Notes under the pieces: model-generated
Databases searched by the model: none
Seen by the model: the letters and a program-made list of their open reading frames with translations, nothing else
What the model was told of the DNA's origin: nothing
Assembly: GCA_945882915.1 (NCBI GenBank)
Contig: CAMCWV010000005.1
Coordinates: 18,647-82,646, forward strand
Direction of reading: 5' to 3'
DNA from: Waddlia chondrophila WSU 86-1044
GTDB lineage: Bacteria; Chlamydiota; Chlamydiia; Chlamydiales; CAMCWV01
DNA: 64,000 nt
Translations under genes and position numbers: made by a program
Part shown: positions 27,858-37,980 of the stretch, in pieces
Layout of the letters: every line of letters starts with the position of its first letter
Position numbering within the stretch: position 1 is the first letter of the stretch

Positions 27858-28285
27858 ATATACTCGCTTATACCCAGGGCGCTGCCCTCGGCTGTTTGCA
27901 ATTACAGCCTTTCAGGCTGCGTGAAATATATTCGCTTATACCCAGGGCGCTGCCCTCGGCTGTTTGCAATTACAGCCTTTCAGGCTGCGTGAAATATACT
28001 CGCTTATACCCAGGGCGCTGCCCTGGGCTGTTTGCAATTGCAGCCTTTCAGGCTGCGTGAAATATACTCGCTTATACCCAGGGCGCTGCCCTGGGCTGTT
28101 TGCAATTGCAGCCTTTCAGGCTGCGTGAAATATGTTCGCTTATACCCAGGGCGCTGCCCTGGGCTGTTTGCAATTGCAGCCTTTCAGGCTGCGTGAAATA
28201 TACTCGCTTATACCCAGGGCGCTGCCCTGGGCTGTTTGCAATTGCAGCCTTTCAGGCTGCGTGAAATATGTTCGCTTATACTCTT
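27858..28285. repeat. 68-bp tandem array, 6 full units plus a partial seventh
   Basis: Unit starts (tcgcttata) at 27864, 27932, 28000, 28068, 28136, 28204 and 28272. Each unit contains the hairpins cccagggcgctgccctggg and gcagcctttcaggctgc. Confidence 0.95.
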
Positions 28286-28340
28286 CTTTAAAAAGGGGGA
28301 TTTAACAACTGTTTTCTTCATCTGCCTTAACGTGTAGTTC

Positions 28341-28598
28341 TTACGTGTGCTTAAAATGGACGAAAAGGCGTCCAAAGTTTGAGCTGTCTTTTTCTATGCG
28401 ATGGTACAGCGCTTTGATATGTTTTTGATCTAAAAACCTCAAAACCTTTTTCTTGAGCTGCCCGCTCCCCTTCCCGGGAATGATCTCAACTAAAGAGATC
28501 TTTTTTTCTACCGCCTCGCGAATAATACGGTTAAGCTCGGCATCAATATCAGAGCCTTTATTGAAGATCTCATGCAGGTCGAGTTTCAGTTTAGCCAT
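28341..28598 (-). CDS. Smr-domain protein
   Basis: LDLHE...IIPGKGSGQLKK.V..FL is a typical small Smr/MutS2-C domain. Start at MAKLKLD. Confidence 0.75.
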   Translation of the reverse strand: MAKLKLDLHEIFNKGSDIDAELNRIIREAVEKKISLVEIIPGKGSGQLKKKVLRFLDQKHIKALYHRIEKDSSNFGRLFVHFKHT

Positions 28599-28686
28599 AT
28601 TGTTACCCCCAAAGCCTCTATTTTTTTTGCTAGAAAGTCCCCTCATAACATAGACTTCACTCTTTTTTTGTGTGAGGTAAAAAACA

Positions 28687-30765
28687 ATGTACACTTTTAT
28701 TATTATTTCGGGATTTTTAGCCCTGGTCTACGGCGCTCTAATGACCCGCTCCATTTTGAAGTTGTCTACTGGCAATGAAAAAATGCAAGAGATCGCAAAG
28801 GCTATTCAAGAGGGGGCAAAAGCCTATCTCAACCAACAATACAAGGTGATTACCTTGGTTGGTATCGTTCTCTTTGCCCTATTAACCTGGCTCCTTAATT
28901 GGCACGTAGGTATCAGTTTTGTTATTGGAGCTGTGCTCTCTGGGGCTACAGGCTTCATCGGCATGAACGTGTCTGTACGGGCTAACGTCCGCACTGCAGA
29001 AGCTGCTAAACAAGGCCTTGGAGCTGCTCTAAAGGTTGCCTTCGAAGCTGGAGCCGTTACAGGGATGCTTGTAGTTGGCCTAGGACTTTTGGGGATCACT
29101 GCTACTTACATGTGCCTCGACAACTCAGGGCTTCCATGGAGAGCTGTAAGCGAAGCCCTCATCGCTCTTGGGTTCGGAGCTTCTCTCATTTCCATCTTCG
29201 CGCGTCTTGGCGGCGGGATCTTCACAAAAGGCGCCGACGTTGGTGCTGACTTGGTAGGAAAAGTTGAGGTTGGGATCCCTGAAGACGATCCTCGCAACCC
29301 AGCTGTTATCGCTGACAATGTTGGAGACAACGTTGGGGACTGCGCCGGTATGGCTGCTGACCTTTTCGAAACTTATGTGGTTACCATTGTTGGAACCATG
29401 CTCCTTGCTGGCGTTTACTTTACAGGTGCCACTCTAAAGTCATTAATGATGTACCCACTGGGCATCGGTGCAGTAAGCATTCTTTGCTCACTTATCGGAA
29501 CCTTCTTTGTCCGTCTTGGTAAGTCTCAGAACATCATGGGCGCCCTTTACAAAGGGTTCATTGTTACCGCTCTTCTTTCTGCAGTAGGGATCGGAGTCAT
29601 CACTCACCTCGTAGTTGGATTTGACCAAGCCTTTGTTGTTGCTGGCAAGCATTTTACCGGCGGAAGCCTGTTCTACTGTGGCCTTGCAGGCCTTGTTGTT
29701 ACAGCGCTTCTGATGATCATCACAGAATACTACACATCAACAAGATTTAGCCCTGTAAAGAGCATTGCAGCATCATCCCTGACAGGACACGGAACAAACG
29801 TTATCCAAGGTCTTGCTGTCTCGCTTGAGTCTACAGCACTCCCTGTGATCGTTATCTGCGGTGGAATCCTCTTCACCTACCAGTGTGCAGGCCTCTTTGG
29901 CATCGCAATTGCAGCCTCTTCCATGCTCGCTCTAGCAGGGATGATCGTCGCACTCGACGCCTACGGCCCTGTAACAGACAACGCCGGTGGTATCGCTGAG
30001 ATGGCTAACTTGCCTTCAAGCATCCGCAAAACAACTGACGCTCTCGATGCCGTCGGAAACACAACAAAAGCTGTGACTAAGGGTTATGCCATCGGATCTG
30101 CAGGACTTGCAGCCTTGGTTCTTTTCTCTGCTTTCATCGAAGACCTTAAATACTACTTCCCAAACAATACCTGCCAATTCATGCTAGATAACGCCTTTGT
30201 TGTTATTGGCCTTTTCCTTGGTGGGATGCTTCCTTACCTCTTCGGGGCAATGAGCATGAAAGCTGTCGGTAGAGCCGCTGGATCTGTTGTTGTTGAAGTG
30301 CGCCGTCAGTTCAAAGAGCGTCCTGGCATCATGACAGGCAAAGATCGCCCCGACTACGGCAAAGCCGTGACAATGCTGACAAAAGCTGCGATTAAGGAGA
30401 TGATCATCCCATCTCTACTTCCAGTACTTGCGCCTATTGTTGGCTATACTTTGATCTACTTCATTGCTGGACAAGAACAAGCGTTTATAACCCTCGGCTC
30501 TATGCTCCTCGGGATTGTAGTGACAGGCCTCTTTGTGGCTATCTCTATGACCTCTGGCGGCGGCGCTTGGGATAACGCCAAGAAGTACATCGAAGATGGT
30601 AAGCATGGCGGCAAAGGTTCTGAAGCTCACAAAGCTGCGGTTACCGGAGACACTGTAGGAGATCCGTACAAGGATACTGCAGGTCCTGCTATCAACCCAA
30701 TGATCAAGATCGCAAACATCGTTGCACTCTTGCTTTTGGCAATCCTCTCTTCTGTTGCTGCATAA
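28687..30765 (+). CDS. hppA: membrane-bound proton-translocating pyrophosphatase
   Basis: [39 protein letters not shown] and [18 protein letters not shown]. Confidence 0.95.
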   Translation: MYTFIIISGFLALVYGALMTRSILKLSTGNEKMQEIAKAIQEGAKAYLNQQYKVITLVGIVLFALLTWLLNWHVGISFVIGAVLSGATGFIGMNVSVRANVRTAEAAKQGLGAALKVAFEAGAVTGMLVVGLGLLGITATYMCLDNSGLPWRAVSEALIALGFGASLISIFARLGGGIFTKGADVGADLVGKVEVGIPEDDPRNPAVIADNVGDNVGDCAGMAADLFETYVVTIVGTMLLAGVYFTGATLKSLMMYPLGIGAVSILCSLIGTFFVRLGKSQNIMGALYKGFIVTALLSAVGIGVITHLVVGFDQAFVVAGKHFTGGSLFYCGLAGLVVTALLMIITEYYTSTRFSPVKSIAASSLTGHGTNVIQGLAVSLESTALPVIVICGGILFTYQCAGLFGIAIAASSMLALAGMIVALDAYGPVTDNAGGIAEMANLPSSIRKTTDALDAVGNTTKAVTKGYAIGSAGLAALVLFSAFIEDLKYYFPNNTCQFMLDNAFVVIGLFLGGMLPYLFGAMSMKAVGRAAGSVVVEVRRQFKERPGIMTGKDRPDYGKAVTMLTKAAIKEMIIPSLLPVLAPIVGYTLIYFIAGQEQAFITLGSMLLGIVVTGLFVAISMTSGGGAWDNAKKYIEDGKHGGKGSEAHKAAVTGDTVGDPYKDTAGPAINPMIKIANIVALLLLAILSSVAA

Positions 30766-30806
30766 TGTAAGCGCAGGTTAGGAACTGGAGCCAAAGGCTC
30801 TAAAAG

Positions 30807-30850
30807 GCGTAAGCCCTGATCGACAAGATTGGGGCTTACGCTTTTTTTTT
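30807..30850 (+). terminator. intrinsic terminator after hppA
   Basis: gcgtaagccc / ggggcttacgc stem followed by T9. Confidence 0.8.
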
Positions 30851-30859
30851 ACCCTTCTG

Positions 30860-31086
30860 CAATGCATTCGCAGAGCTTAAGGAGCGAGCTTGCTCGCTCT
30901 TTGGAGTGCTGGGACTTGTCCAACGCTTTCATTAGACCTCGACTTGGCGAGGTCTGTACGGAAGATTGCGATAAAGCTCTTTAAGCAAAAGTGCATATAG
31001 CCTCGACAAGTCGAGGCTTAACAAAGCGTTGGACTTGTCCCAGCACTCCAAGGAGCGAGCTTGCTCGCTCCGAATGCGCTTGCTAA
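30860..31086. repeat. F2 element, copy e
   Basis: Same ends. Internal hairpins gacctcgacttggcgaggtc and gcctcgacaagtcgaggc. Confidence 0.85.
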
Positions 31087-31189
31087 AAGACATTTTTTTC
31101 TTTCTCTTATATTTCTATGTGTCTCTGCGGTGCCCCCTACTCGGCAAGATTAAGATTTCAAAAAGATTGTTTGTTGCCAATTCGCCGTT

Positions 31190-32257
31190 GTGCTAAAAAA
31201 AAATTTAGCACCTATAGCTGCAAAACAGGAGGTACCCATCGCAACCGCCTCTCCCCCAATTACAGGATCTCACACCTTCTTCGAAGCTCCTGGTTTTGTA
31301 ATGAAAGAGGCCTTTTGGCTTGCTGGCAACTGTATAAACAACGTACTGCCCGCTTCTTTGTGCTTTCATAAAGAACACTCAATAGTCAAAATCTTCAAAG
31401 ACTTCGTGCATAATGCTGAAAAGAACCTCATAAAATTCGGAATGCTTTCAGTTTCTGTAAACTTTGCCCCCATCACATTCATCGCTACTCTCCTTGTTAG
31501 CGTGACTCTTTCGCAACACTTCATCTTTAATAAAGTCGTCTCACTGCTGCGGGAATTGGTCGTTGTAAAATGGTTAGAAGGGTATTTCGACAAACTCAGC
31601 CTCCCCCAAAGGCTCATTACAGGGGTTGCTTTAATTGGGATGACCCATCTTGGGTTTGCCTTCTCTGCCTGCATTCCAGAATATGGAGCGCTTATTAACC
31701 CCGCGCTCACAACTATTGGGGGCCTGTTTACAGGGAATTGGTACGCAAATGTCGGGCTAAGAAAAATTGAAGATTATTCAGTTGGGGAATTTGAGATCGC
31801 CTTTTCAAAGATGCCTCCAGAAAAGGTAACTGCCATTATAGAGCCAATGCAGATTAACACTCTTGCCACAAAGTCAGTAGACGAAATGAAAGAGTTATTC
31901 TCAAAGATGAAACCTTCTCATGTAAGAGTAATTGGCAAGGCTGCAGCTGCAATGCAAAGAGATGAATTTGATGATGACGATGATGAACCTGACGGTCCAA
32001 TAGTTCACCACTTCGTGCTTGAAAACCTAGCAAAACAACCTCTTACGGAAATCAAGGCGCTTTTTGCGAAGATGTCTCCTCACAGACGGCAGGCGCTAAG
32101 AGATGCCGCAGCCCTCGACCCTCCTCCCGACACCCCCCTTGACTCACCCACCCTAAGCGATCCCCTTTCAGAAGACTTAGCGCCAAAGAAACAGCGTGGG
32201 TGGAAAAAGCTCTTCTGCTGCTTTAAGAAAAAAGAAATCGACGACCCAGATGCTTAA
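31190..32257 (+). CDS. hypothetical membrane-associated protein with a triple F[SA]KM.P motif, an acidic tract and a polybasic di-Cys C-terminus; start uncertain
   Basis: Hydrophobic segments at about residues 90-190. Repeats IAFSKMPPEK / ELFSKMKPSH / ALFAKMSPHR. DDDDDEPD tract. WKKLFCCFKKK at the C-terminus. Confidence 0.6.
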   Translation: MLKKNLAPIAAKQEVPIATASPPITGSHTFFEAPGFVMKEAFWLAGNCINNVLPASLCFHKEHSIVKIFKDFVHNAEKNLIKFGMLSVSVNFAPITFIATLLVSVTLSQHFIFNKVVSLLRELVVVKWLEGYFDKLSLPQRLITGVALIGMTHLGFAFSACIPEYGALINPALTTIGGLFTGNWYANVGLRKIEDYSVGEFEIAFSKMPPEKVTAIIEPMQINTLATKSVDEMKELFSKMKPSHVRVIGKAAAAMQRDEFDDDDDEPDGPIVHHFVLENLAKQPLTEIKALFAKMSPHRRQALRDAAALDPPPDTPLDSPTLSDPLSEDLAPKKQRGWKKLFCCFKKKEIDDPDA

Positions 32258-32438
32258 GAATAGGAAGCAAGCCCCCATGCTTTCCGTTTATATACTCCTC
32301 TTAGTTGCGAGCATGTGATTGCCCTGCACTTTTAGCTTTCCAATGAGAGCGCACGCCTAAAGTTCTCAGGCGAAATGTCGATGACTATACTACAAACAGA
32401 ATCCGCTTTGTCTTTGAATTTATAATAAAGGCTTCATC

Positions 32439-33947
32439 ATGCGCATATCTTCACCCAGAACACCTTCATTCGACGAGGCGTTTAATAATCTCAAACGACT
32501 TGGAGATTATTCTGAGACCAAAAAAGAGGGGGCCCACATAAGAGAAGCGTTTGTGAGCAGCTTTGGGGGGAGCCTTATCATCCCTAAAAACACGCTGACA
32601 GGAAAGCTTATCTCTTGTGTCGACTGGATAAGCCATCAGCTCAACCGTCTATTCAAAGTCATCCATCTAGCCTATAACCTAACAGAAGGGACCCAGCGCC
32701 TTCTTAACGCGATCAAAAGCTCTGGAGCAGCATTAGCCCTCCAGAGCGTAGACAAAAAGCAGATGCTCGAATCTATTTGCAAAAAACTGCCCGCACGATC
32801 AGAGAGCCCTTTAGATGAGATTGAACAGCAAGTCGACACCATTCGCAAACAGCTTTTGCCCGAAACCACAGGGGCAGGGCCCCCTCCCCCGCCAAAAAGA
32901 GTCACCGCTCCTTCTTCTGTCTCAGGAGAGCAAGTTTCAGAAGAGGTTAAAAATGCTTCGCTTCTTCTTATAACACAGGCCGTCATTGAAACAGCTATGC
33001 CTGTCTTGAAAAATCTATTAGAAGGGTACATTGCCTTTCAAAAGGCCTATAAAGAATACCAGCAGAGGCCCCCTTCAAAAGGGGCCTCCGAAGAAGGGAG
33101 CCTGCAAGAAAAGAAAGTAGAGTTGCTAATTGAACATTGCGGAATGCCAGAAGCGCAGTGGATAGCAACTGGTACAAAGACCTTACAGCCCATCCTCGAA
33201 AACCTCAACACTCAAGGCCTAGGCAATCTTCTTGATATGCCCTTACTTACAGGCCTTATCTCATGTTTTGAAGACCCCGCGCCTTCTCTCGCAAACATGC
33301 TTTTAAAACTTTTAGAGCCTAAACAGTTTTTCGAAAGCTTACGCCCTCAGATAGAGGCAACGCCATCATCTAAACAACCGGCGTCAGCTCAAGAACAAGT
33401 AGCAGCGCCCCCCTCTACAGGAGAGTTTGACTATGGCAAAGGGCTTCTCACTCTTGCAGAGCCACTTCTAGACATCTTAATTCCAAAAACTTTTGCCTTC
33501 GGGCTTAACCGTTCCCTTGCAGGCAAGGCTGTGAATTCAGCTCTAGATGACATAAAAAAAACCGTTGATACAGCTCTTGCAACGCCTCCAACTCCAGAGG
33601 CTGAGCAGGCCCTAAAAGAGCAGGTGGTTAGTTTTGCAAAAAGAAGCTTCAGTGGCGATCTTGTAGGTGGTGATTTAAGCGAAACAGATAGAGCTATATT
33701 CAAAGCAGCGCTTACTACACGGTGGCTTGGTGAGGTTGAGGTGCTAAAAGAAGGGCTCTCTTCCGGGAAAAAACTCCTCCTAAATGCAGTCCCTACGACA
33801 GCTGCTATCGATGCAGCAGCGGAGGCGATCTCGACCCTCTGCTCGCACAAAGCCATCTTCTGCAAGTTCACATTTGAATTTCTAGCCGCGCTATCAAAAA
33901 ACCCGAAAATGAATATAGCCCTCAACCAGCTCGGCCTCAACAAATAA
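32439..33947 (+). CDS. hypothetical soluble protein with a poly-proline tract
   Basis: 502-codon ORF containing GAGPPPPPKR. No recognisable domain. Confidence 0.65.
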   Translation: MRISSPRTPSFDEAFNNLKRLGDYSETKKEGAHIREAFVSSFGGSLIIPKNTLTGKLISCVDWISHQLNRLFKVIHLAYNLTEGTQRLLNAIKSSGAALALQSVDKKQMLESICKKLPARSESPLDEIEQQVDTIRKQLLPETTGAGPPPPPKRVTAPSSVSGEQVSEEVKNASLLLITQAVIETAMPVLKNLLEGYIAFQKAYKEYQQRPPSKGASEEGSLQEKKVELLIEHCGMPEAQWIATGTKTLQPILENLNTQGLGNLLDMPLLTGLISCFEDPAPSLANMLLKLLEPKQFFESLRPQIEATPSSKQPASAQEQVAAPPSTGEFDYGKGLLTLAEPLLDILIPKTFAFGLNRSLAGKAVNSALDDIKKTVDTALATPPTPEAEQALKEQVVSFAKRSFSGDLVGGDLSETDRAIFKAALTTRWLGEVEVLKEGLSSGKKLLLNAVPTTAAIDAAAEAISTLCSHKAIFCKFTFEFLAALSKNPKMNIALNQLGLNK

Positions 33948-34000
33948 GCAATTGCCCTCACCTGAAGGCATAGTCGATTAAATCTCAAATGATAGGCTCA

Positions 34001-34136
34001 GACAGCGCCAAAGCTCGCGGGATTAAACAATCGTAAGCAGTTCAATATTAGAAATATAGGCCTGCTTACGATCGTTCAGCCGCGGGAGCTTTCGCGCTAG
34101 ACCAAATTCCCATTTTCAGCTACAAGGAATATATAC
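34001..34136 (+). repeat. F1 element, divergent, lacking the left terminus
   Basis: ..gcgccaaagc..cgtaagcag ttcaatattagaaatatagg cctgcttacgatcgttcagccgcggg...cattttcagctacaaggaatatata. Confidence 0.75.
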
Positions 34137-34203
34137 AATCTTAGAACCCGCTCCTCAACCAAACCTGCTATTTAAATCTGAAACTTAAAAAAGGGGTTCC
34201 CTC

Positions 34204-34803
34204 ATGAAAAGAGATGTGCGTAATATTTGGGGCGCCGCACTCAACTATCGCGACACCGCTAAAGAGGTAGGCTGCGCCGTCTCTACAGACCCCATCTTTT
34301 TCTTAAAAGCAGGATCAACACTCACAGAAGAAAATCAGCCAATTGTGCTTCCCCAGTTCTCTCGGGAGATCTTTCACGAGATTGAAGTAGCTTTGCAATT
34401 TAACAAGAAGCTCGAGATTAAATGGGCCGGGCTTGCCCTTGACCTCACCGCAGGAGATGCCCAAGGCCCAGCCATTGAGAAATCACGTCCCTGGACACTC
34501 ATTAAGTCTTTTAAGAATGCTTGTCCTGTTGGAAGCTTCTTTCCCATTAAAGACTTAACCTCTCTTTCAAACGTCGCCTTTGGCTTAACAATCAATGGAG
34601 AGGTGCGTCAAGAAGGGAACACAAACCAGATGGTCTCTTCCTGTTCAAGGCTTGTGAGCTACCTTTTAGAACATTTTCCCGTTTGTCCTTACGATATTGT
34701 CCTTACAGGAAGTGTCGGTGGGGTTGGGCCTCTAAAAAAAGGCGACCGACTAACCGGCTACCTCGGAAATTACTACAAAGCTCACTGGACTGTAGCTAGA
34801 TAA
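34204..34803 (+). CDS. fumarylacetoacetate hydrolase (FAH) family protein
   Basis: IWGAALNYRD, HEIEVAL and the LTGSVGGVGPLKKGD C-terminal pattern. Confidence 0.75.
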   Translation: MKRDVRNIWGAALNYRDTAKEVGCAVSTDPIFFLKAGSTLTEENQPIVLPQFSREIFHEIEVALQFNKKLEIKWAGLALDLTAGDAQGPAIEKSRPWTLIKSFKNACPVGSFFPIKDLTSLSNVAFGLTINGEVRQEGNTNQMVSSCSRLVSYLLEHFPVCPYDIVLTGSVGGVGPLKKGDRLTGYLGNYYKAHWTVAR

Positions 34804-34893
34804 ACAGGTCCCGCTCTAACCACAAGCTTTTGAAAAAAACCTGCAACAACTCCCAAGAAAGCAAGTGCCATAAAACGTGGCATTGCAGGGATG

Positions 34894-35060
34894 TATATAC
34901 TCCTCGTAGCTGAAAATGGGAACTTGGACGGCGCCAAAACCCCGGGGCTGAACGATTGCAAGTGCCCTTTGTATTTCTAATACTAAGGCACTTACGACCG
35001 TTCAGCCCCGGGAGCTTTCGCGCTAGTCCAAATTCCCGTTTTCAACTACGAGGAGTATAT
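34894..35060 (+). repeat. F1 element, long form
   Basis: Full palindrome. Confidence 0.9.
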
Positions 35061-35101
35061 TAATCGAATTAGGTGCTTGAAAAAGAAAAAAATGCGAAAA
35101 C

Positions 35102-35374
35102 ATGTCAAACAAAGCCGAAAGCAACTGGGAAGTTTATGTAATTCAAACGGACGATGGGAAGCTCTATACGGGGATTACGAGCGATTTAGCACGCCGGTTC
35201 GATGAACATCAGAGCCACAAAAAAGGGGCCCGTTTCTTCCACTTCTCAGAGGCCAAAAAGGTCCTTTTTAGAGAAAGCCACCCGAATAGATCTGAGGCCT
35301 CAAAGCGAGAAATGGCTATCAAAAAACTAACCCGAAAAGAAAAATTAGAGCTAATCACAAAAACAAGTAGGTGA
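35102..35374 (+). CDS. GIY-YIG nuclease-domain protein (UPF0213/YhbQ-like)
   Basis: WEVYVIQTDDGKLYTGITSDLARRFDEH. Confidence 0.75.
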   Translation: MSNKAESNWEVYVIQTDDGKLYTGITSDLARRFDEHQSHKKGARFFHFSEAKKVLFRESHPNRSEASKREMAIKKLTRKEKLELITKTSR

Positions 35375-35393
35375 GCTTTAAAGGAATATAGCC

Positions 35394-35750
35394 ATGACTA
35401 AACCCATCCTCCCGCAACTCGATGAAAAGCTCCTGGCGCAGTGCAGGGTCGAAAGCTACCGCTCAAGTGGCAGCGGTGGGCAACACGTTAACGTTACTGA
35501 TAGCGCCGTCCGAATAACCCACATCCCCACAGGACTCGTCGTCACAAGCCAAAAAGAACGGAGCCAATACCGCAACAAGCTAGATTGCCTCGAAAAACTT
35601 AGGAAACTGGTGGAAAAGCTTAATTACAAGAAACCTCAACGAATCCCAACACGCGCCTCCAAGTCAGTCCGCCTTAAAAACAGCATAAAAAAGTCAAAAG
35701 ACTCCGAAAAGAAGCGCCTACGCCGCCAGCCCTCCCATAATCACGACTAA
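35394..35750 (+). CDS. arfB: alternative ribosome-rescue factor / peptidyl-tRNA hydrolase ArfB (GGQ domain)
   Basis: [23 protein letters not shown], a basic C-terminal tail, about 118 aa. Confidence 0.85.
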   Translation: MTKPILPQLDEKLLAQCRVESYRSSGSGGQHVNVTDSAVRITHIPTGLVVTSQKERSQYRNKLDCLEKLRKLVEKLNYKKPQRIPTRASKSVRLKNSIKKSKDSEKKRLRRQPSHNHD

Positions 35751-35922
35751 GTCGCAGCTATGGCATTGCCTAAGCAGCTTGAATAGATTGGAATAAGCTG
35801 CTTAATGATTGAGCTTCAGCCTTAGCCGGAATCGTTATCGAGCCATCTGGATTCAACATAGCGCTGTCCAATACTGCTTTAACAAGCTGAAATGGATTAG
35901 TGGCCGCTGATCCCGCATACAA

Positions 35923-36056
35923 CCCACATTGAGCAATTCGCGTTTAGAGTATTGTGTCAACAGGTTGGAGCAGGTTCAAGATCTAGGCGATAGATTTTTT
36001 TTCATCACCTGACCATTCTTTTTTTAACTCAATTTTTGCACTTCATTTTTGAAAAG
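35923..36056 (+). repeat. F5 element, copy a
   Basis: cccacattgagcaattcgcgtt.agagtatt.tgtcaacaggttggagcaggttcaagatctaggcgatagatttttt..catcacctgac...tttttgcacttcatttttgaaaag. Confidence 0.85.
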
Positions 36057-36238
36057 ACGAGTCTAAATCGAAGCCTTCACTTGTCGAACTTCGAAGTTGA
36101 AAAGGCGATGTTAAACTAGGCTGTGTTTTTTTACTGATCGTCCTCGTCTTAGGCGCGCTCGGCTTTACTAATATTACCAGCTTATCTATGGAATATCCCC
36201 AAATCTCTTTCTTCATTTTTGTTGCGCTCTTCATAACT

Positions 36239-37648
36239 TCACTTATCATCGGCATCGGTAGTCGCAGAAAGCCCTAACTCACACCCTGCACTCCTATACA
36301 CCTTAAGAGCCAGTTTTGCCTCTAACGCGTGCTCTACAATTGGCTTTGGATAAGCACCCACCCCCTCACGGTTTCTGGGCAAGTGCCATGTGTGGATTGT
36401 TTTAGAAGAAAACTCTGCTAACTCTGGAATCCAACGCTTAATGTAAACGCAATCAGGATCACACTTCATTGCCTGAGCCCACGGATTAAAAATTCGGAAA
36501 TAGGGTTGAGCATCACAACCGGTACTCGCCGCCCACTGCCAATTACCGTTATTTACAGCAGGGTCGTAATCGAGAAGCGTTTGAGAAAAATACTTCTCAC
36601 CCCATCTCCAGTCAAGATGGAGATCTTTTACAAGAAAACTTGCAACAATCATCCTCACCCGATTATGCATAAATCCCGTTTGGTTTAGCTCTCTCATTCC
36701 GGCGTCGACAATAGGAAAGCCCGTCTGTCCTTCAGACCAGAGCTTGAATAGTTTTTCGTCTCCGCTCCATTTTATTTCATTAAATTTTGCCTTAAACGCC
36801 TCCCCAAAGACTCTAGGAAAGTGAAAGGCAATTGCAGTAAAAAAGTCTCGCCAATAAAGAGAGCGAACCGGCCCGCAGTCTGCCCCTAACTCTTTGGCTA
36901 TTGCGTAATAGGCCTCTCTAGGAGAGCACGTTGTGAATTTAAGATGCGCAGAGAGGTGTGTTGTTCCTTGTTCTGCAGGATAGTTACGCTCTACATTGTA
37001 ATTAGAAAATGTTGAGACTTTTTTCAAGATTTCTAACGCAATACTTCTCCCACCTTTTTGCTGCAGAGCTCTCTTGGGGAGGATTTTTTTATACAAAACG
37101 GCACCTTCAGCAAATGAGATGGGCTGAGAGTAGTAATGCGTATAAGGATTGCGCTCAGGATGGCGGACAGTAAGCTTTGAAGCGTTCCGATAATAGGGGG
37201 TAAAGACTGTGTAGGGCGTTTCGTCAGATTTTAATGTCTTATCTAATGGGTGTAAAAGAGCGTCATCGAAGGAATGAAAATCGACTTCATAATCTTCACA
37301 AATGGCCTCGATTTTTTCATCTCGCTGAATACTGTAGGGAGTGTAATCGCGATTGACGACTACAGAATCAATATCCAATTGCTTAATGCACTTTTCAATA
37401 ACCTTTTCGGGCTCTCCAAAAAAAAGATAGAGCCTCCCCTTTCTGGCTTCAATCTCTTTTGCCAGCTCCTCCAAAGACTCGATCATAAACTGCAGCGAGC
37501 GGTTGCTTTTATAGGGATTATTATCAATCTGCTGAGGAGTGAAAATAAAGCTAAGGACAACCTCTTCTGCATTTTTAAGAGCAAACAGGAGCCCTGTATT
37601 GTCCTCTAGCCTCAAATCCCTTCGAAATACAAACAGCGCTCGCTTCAT
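36239..37648 (-). CDS. phr: deoxyribodipyrimidine photolyase (class I CPD photolyase/cryptochrome family)
   Basis: TGFPIVDAGMRELNQTGFMHNRVRMIVASFLVKDL and DYDPAVNNGNWQWAASTG. Confidence 0.92.
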   Translation of the reverse strand: MKRALFVFRRDLRLEDNTGLLFALKNAEEVVLSFIFTPQQIDNNPYKSNRSLQFMIESLEELAKEIEARKGRLYLFFGEPEKVIEKCIKQLDIDSVVVNRDYTPYSIQRDEKIEAICEDYEVDFHSFDDALLHPLDKTLKSDETPYTVFTPYYRNASKLTVRHPERNPYTHYYSQPISFAEGAVLYKKILPKRALQQKGGRSIALEILKKVSTFSNYNVERNYPAEQGTTHLSAHLKFTTCSPREAYYAIAKELGADCGPVRSLYWRDFFTAIAFHFPRVFGEAFKAKFNEIKWSGDEKLFKLWSEGQTGFPIVDAGMRELNQTGFMHNRVRMIVASFLVKDLHLDWRWGEKYFSQTLLDYDPAVNNGNWQWAASTGCDAQPYFRIFNPWAQAMKCDPDCVYIKRWIPELAEFSSKTIHTWHLPRNREGVGAYPKPIVEHALEAKLALKVYRSAGCELGLSATTDADDK

Positions 37649-37980
37649 ATTTTAATCTCAAAAATTAATGTGAAAGAGCTCTTCGTAAAAACACCTGCTT
37701 TAACAAAGGCCTCTGCTTGGGATTTAAGCCCTTTATCCAGCACGCTAAGAAAAGCAATAACATAGAAGCAAGCGGTCTGCGCAAACCCAAATCTCTATAG
37801 TGGACCCCAAAGGCAAGATAACTTTTCCGTCTTAAGTAGTTATGGTCTGCATCTCTATCTTGCCGTTTCTGTTAAAAAAAAAGAAAACAGATTTTGCTCT
37901 TCTTCATCCACTGTTCGCTGTATTCATAAGTTGGCAACCTGCCTCTTATCATCTGCGAATAAGCGACCTAGGTTGTCAAC

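Noticed and set aside
27858-28285. Possible CRISPR array
   Set aside because: The whole 68-bp period is repeated and there are no unique spacers. No cas genes or leader are present in the window, so it is a plain tandem repeat.
35770-35925. Short minus-strand frame (..NPFQLVKAVLDSAMLNPDGSITIPAKAEAQ..) and a similar remnant at 26318-26420
   Set aside because: These may be 3' remnants of genes disrupted by repeats. They are below 60 codons, have no start and contain no recognisable motif.
36043-36255. 70-aa ORF downstream of phr
   Set aside because: It is largely encoded by the F5 repeat, overlaps the phr stop and has no SD or motif.
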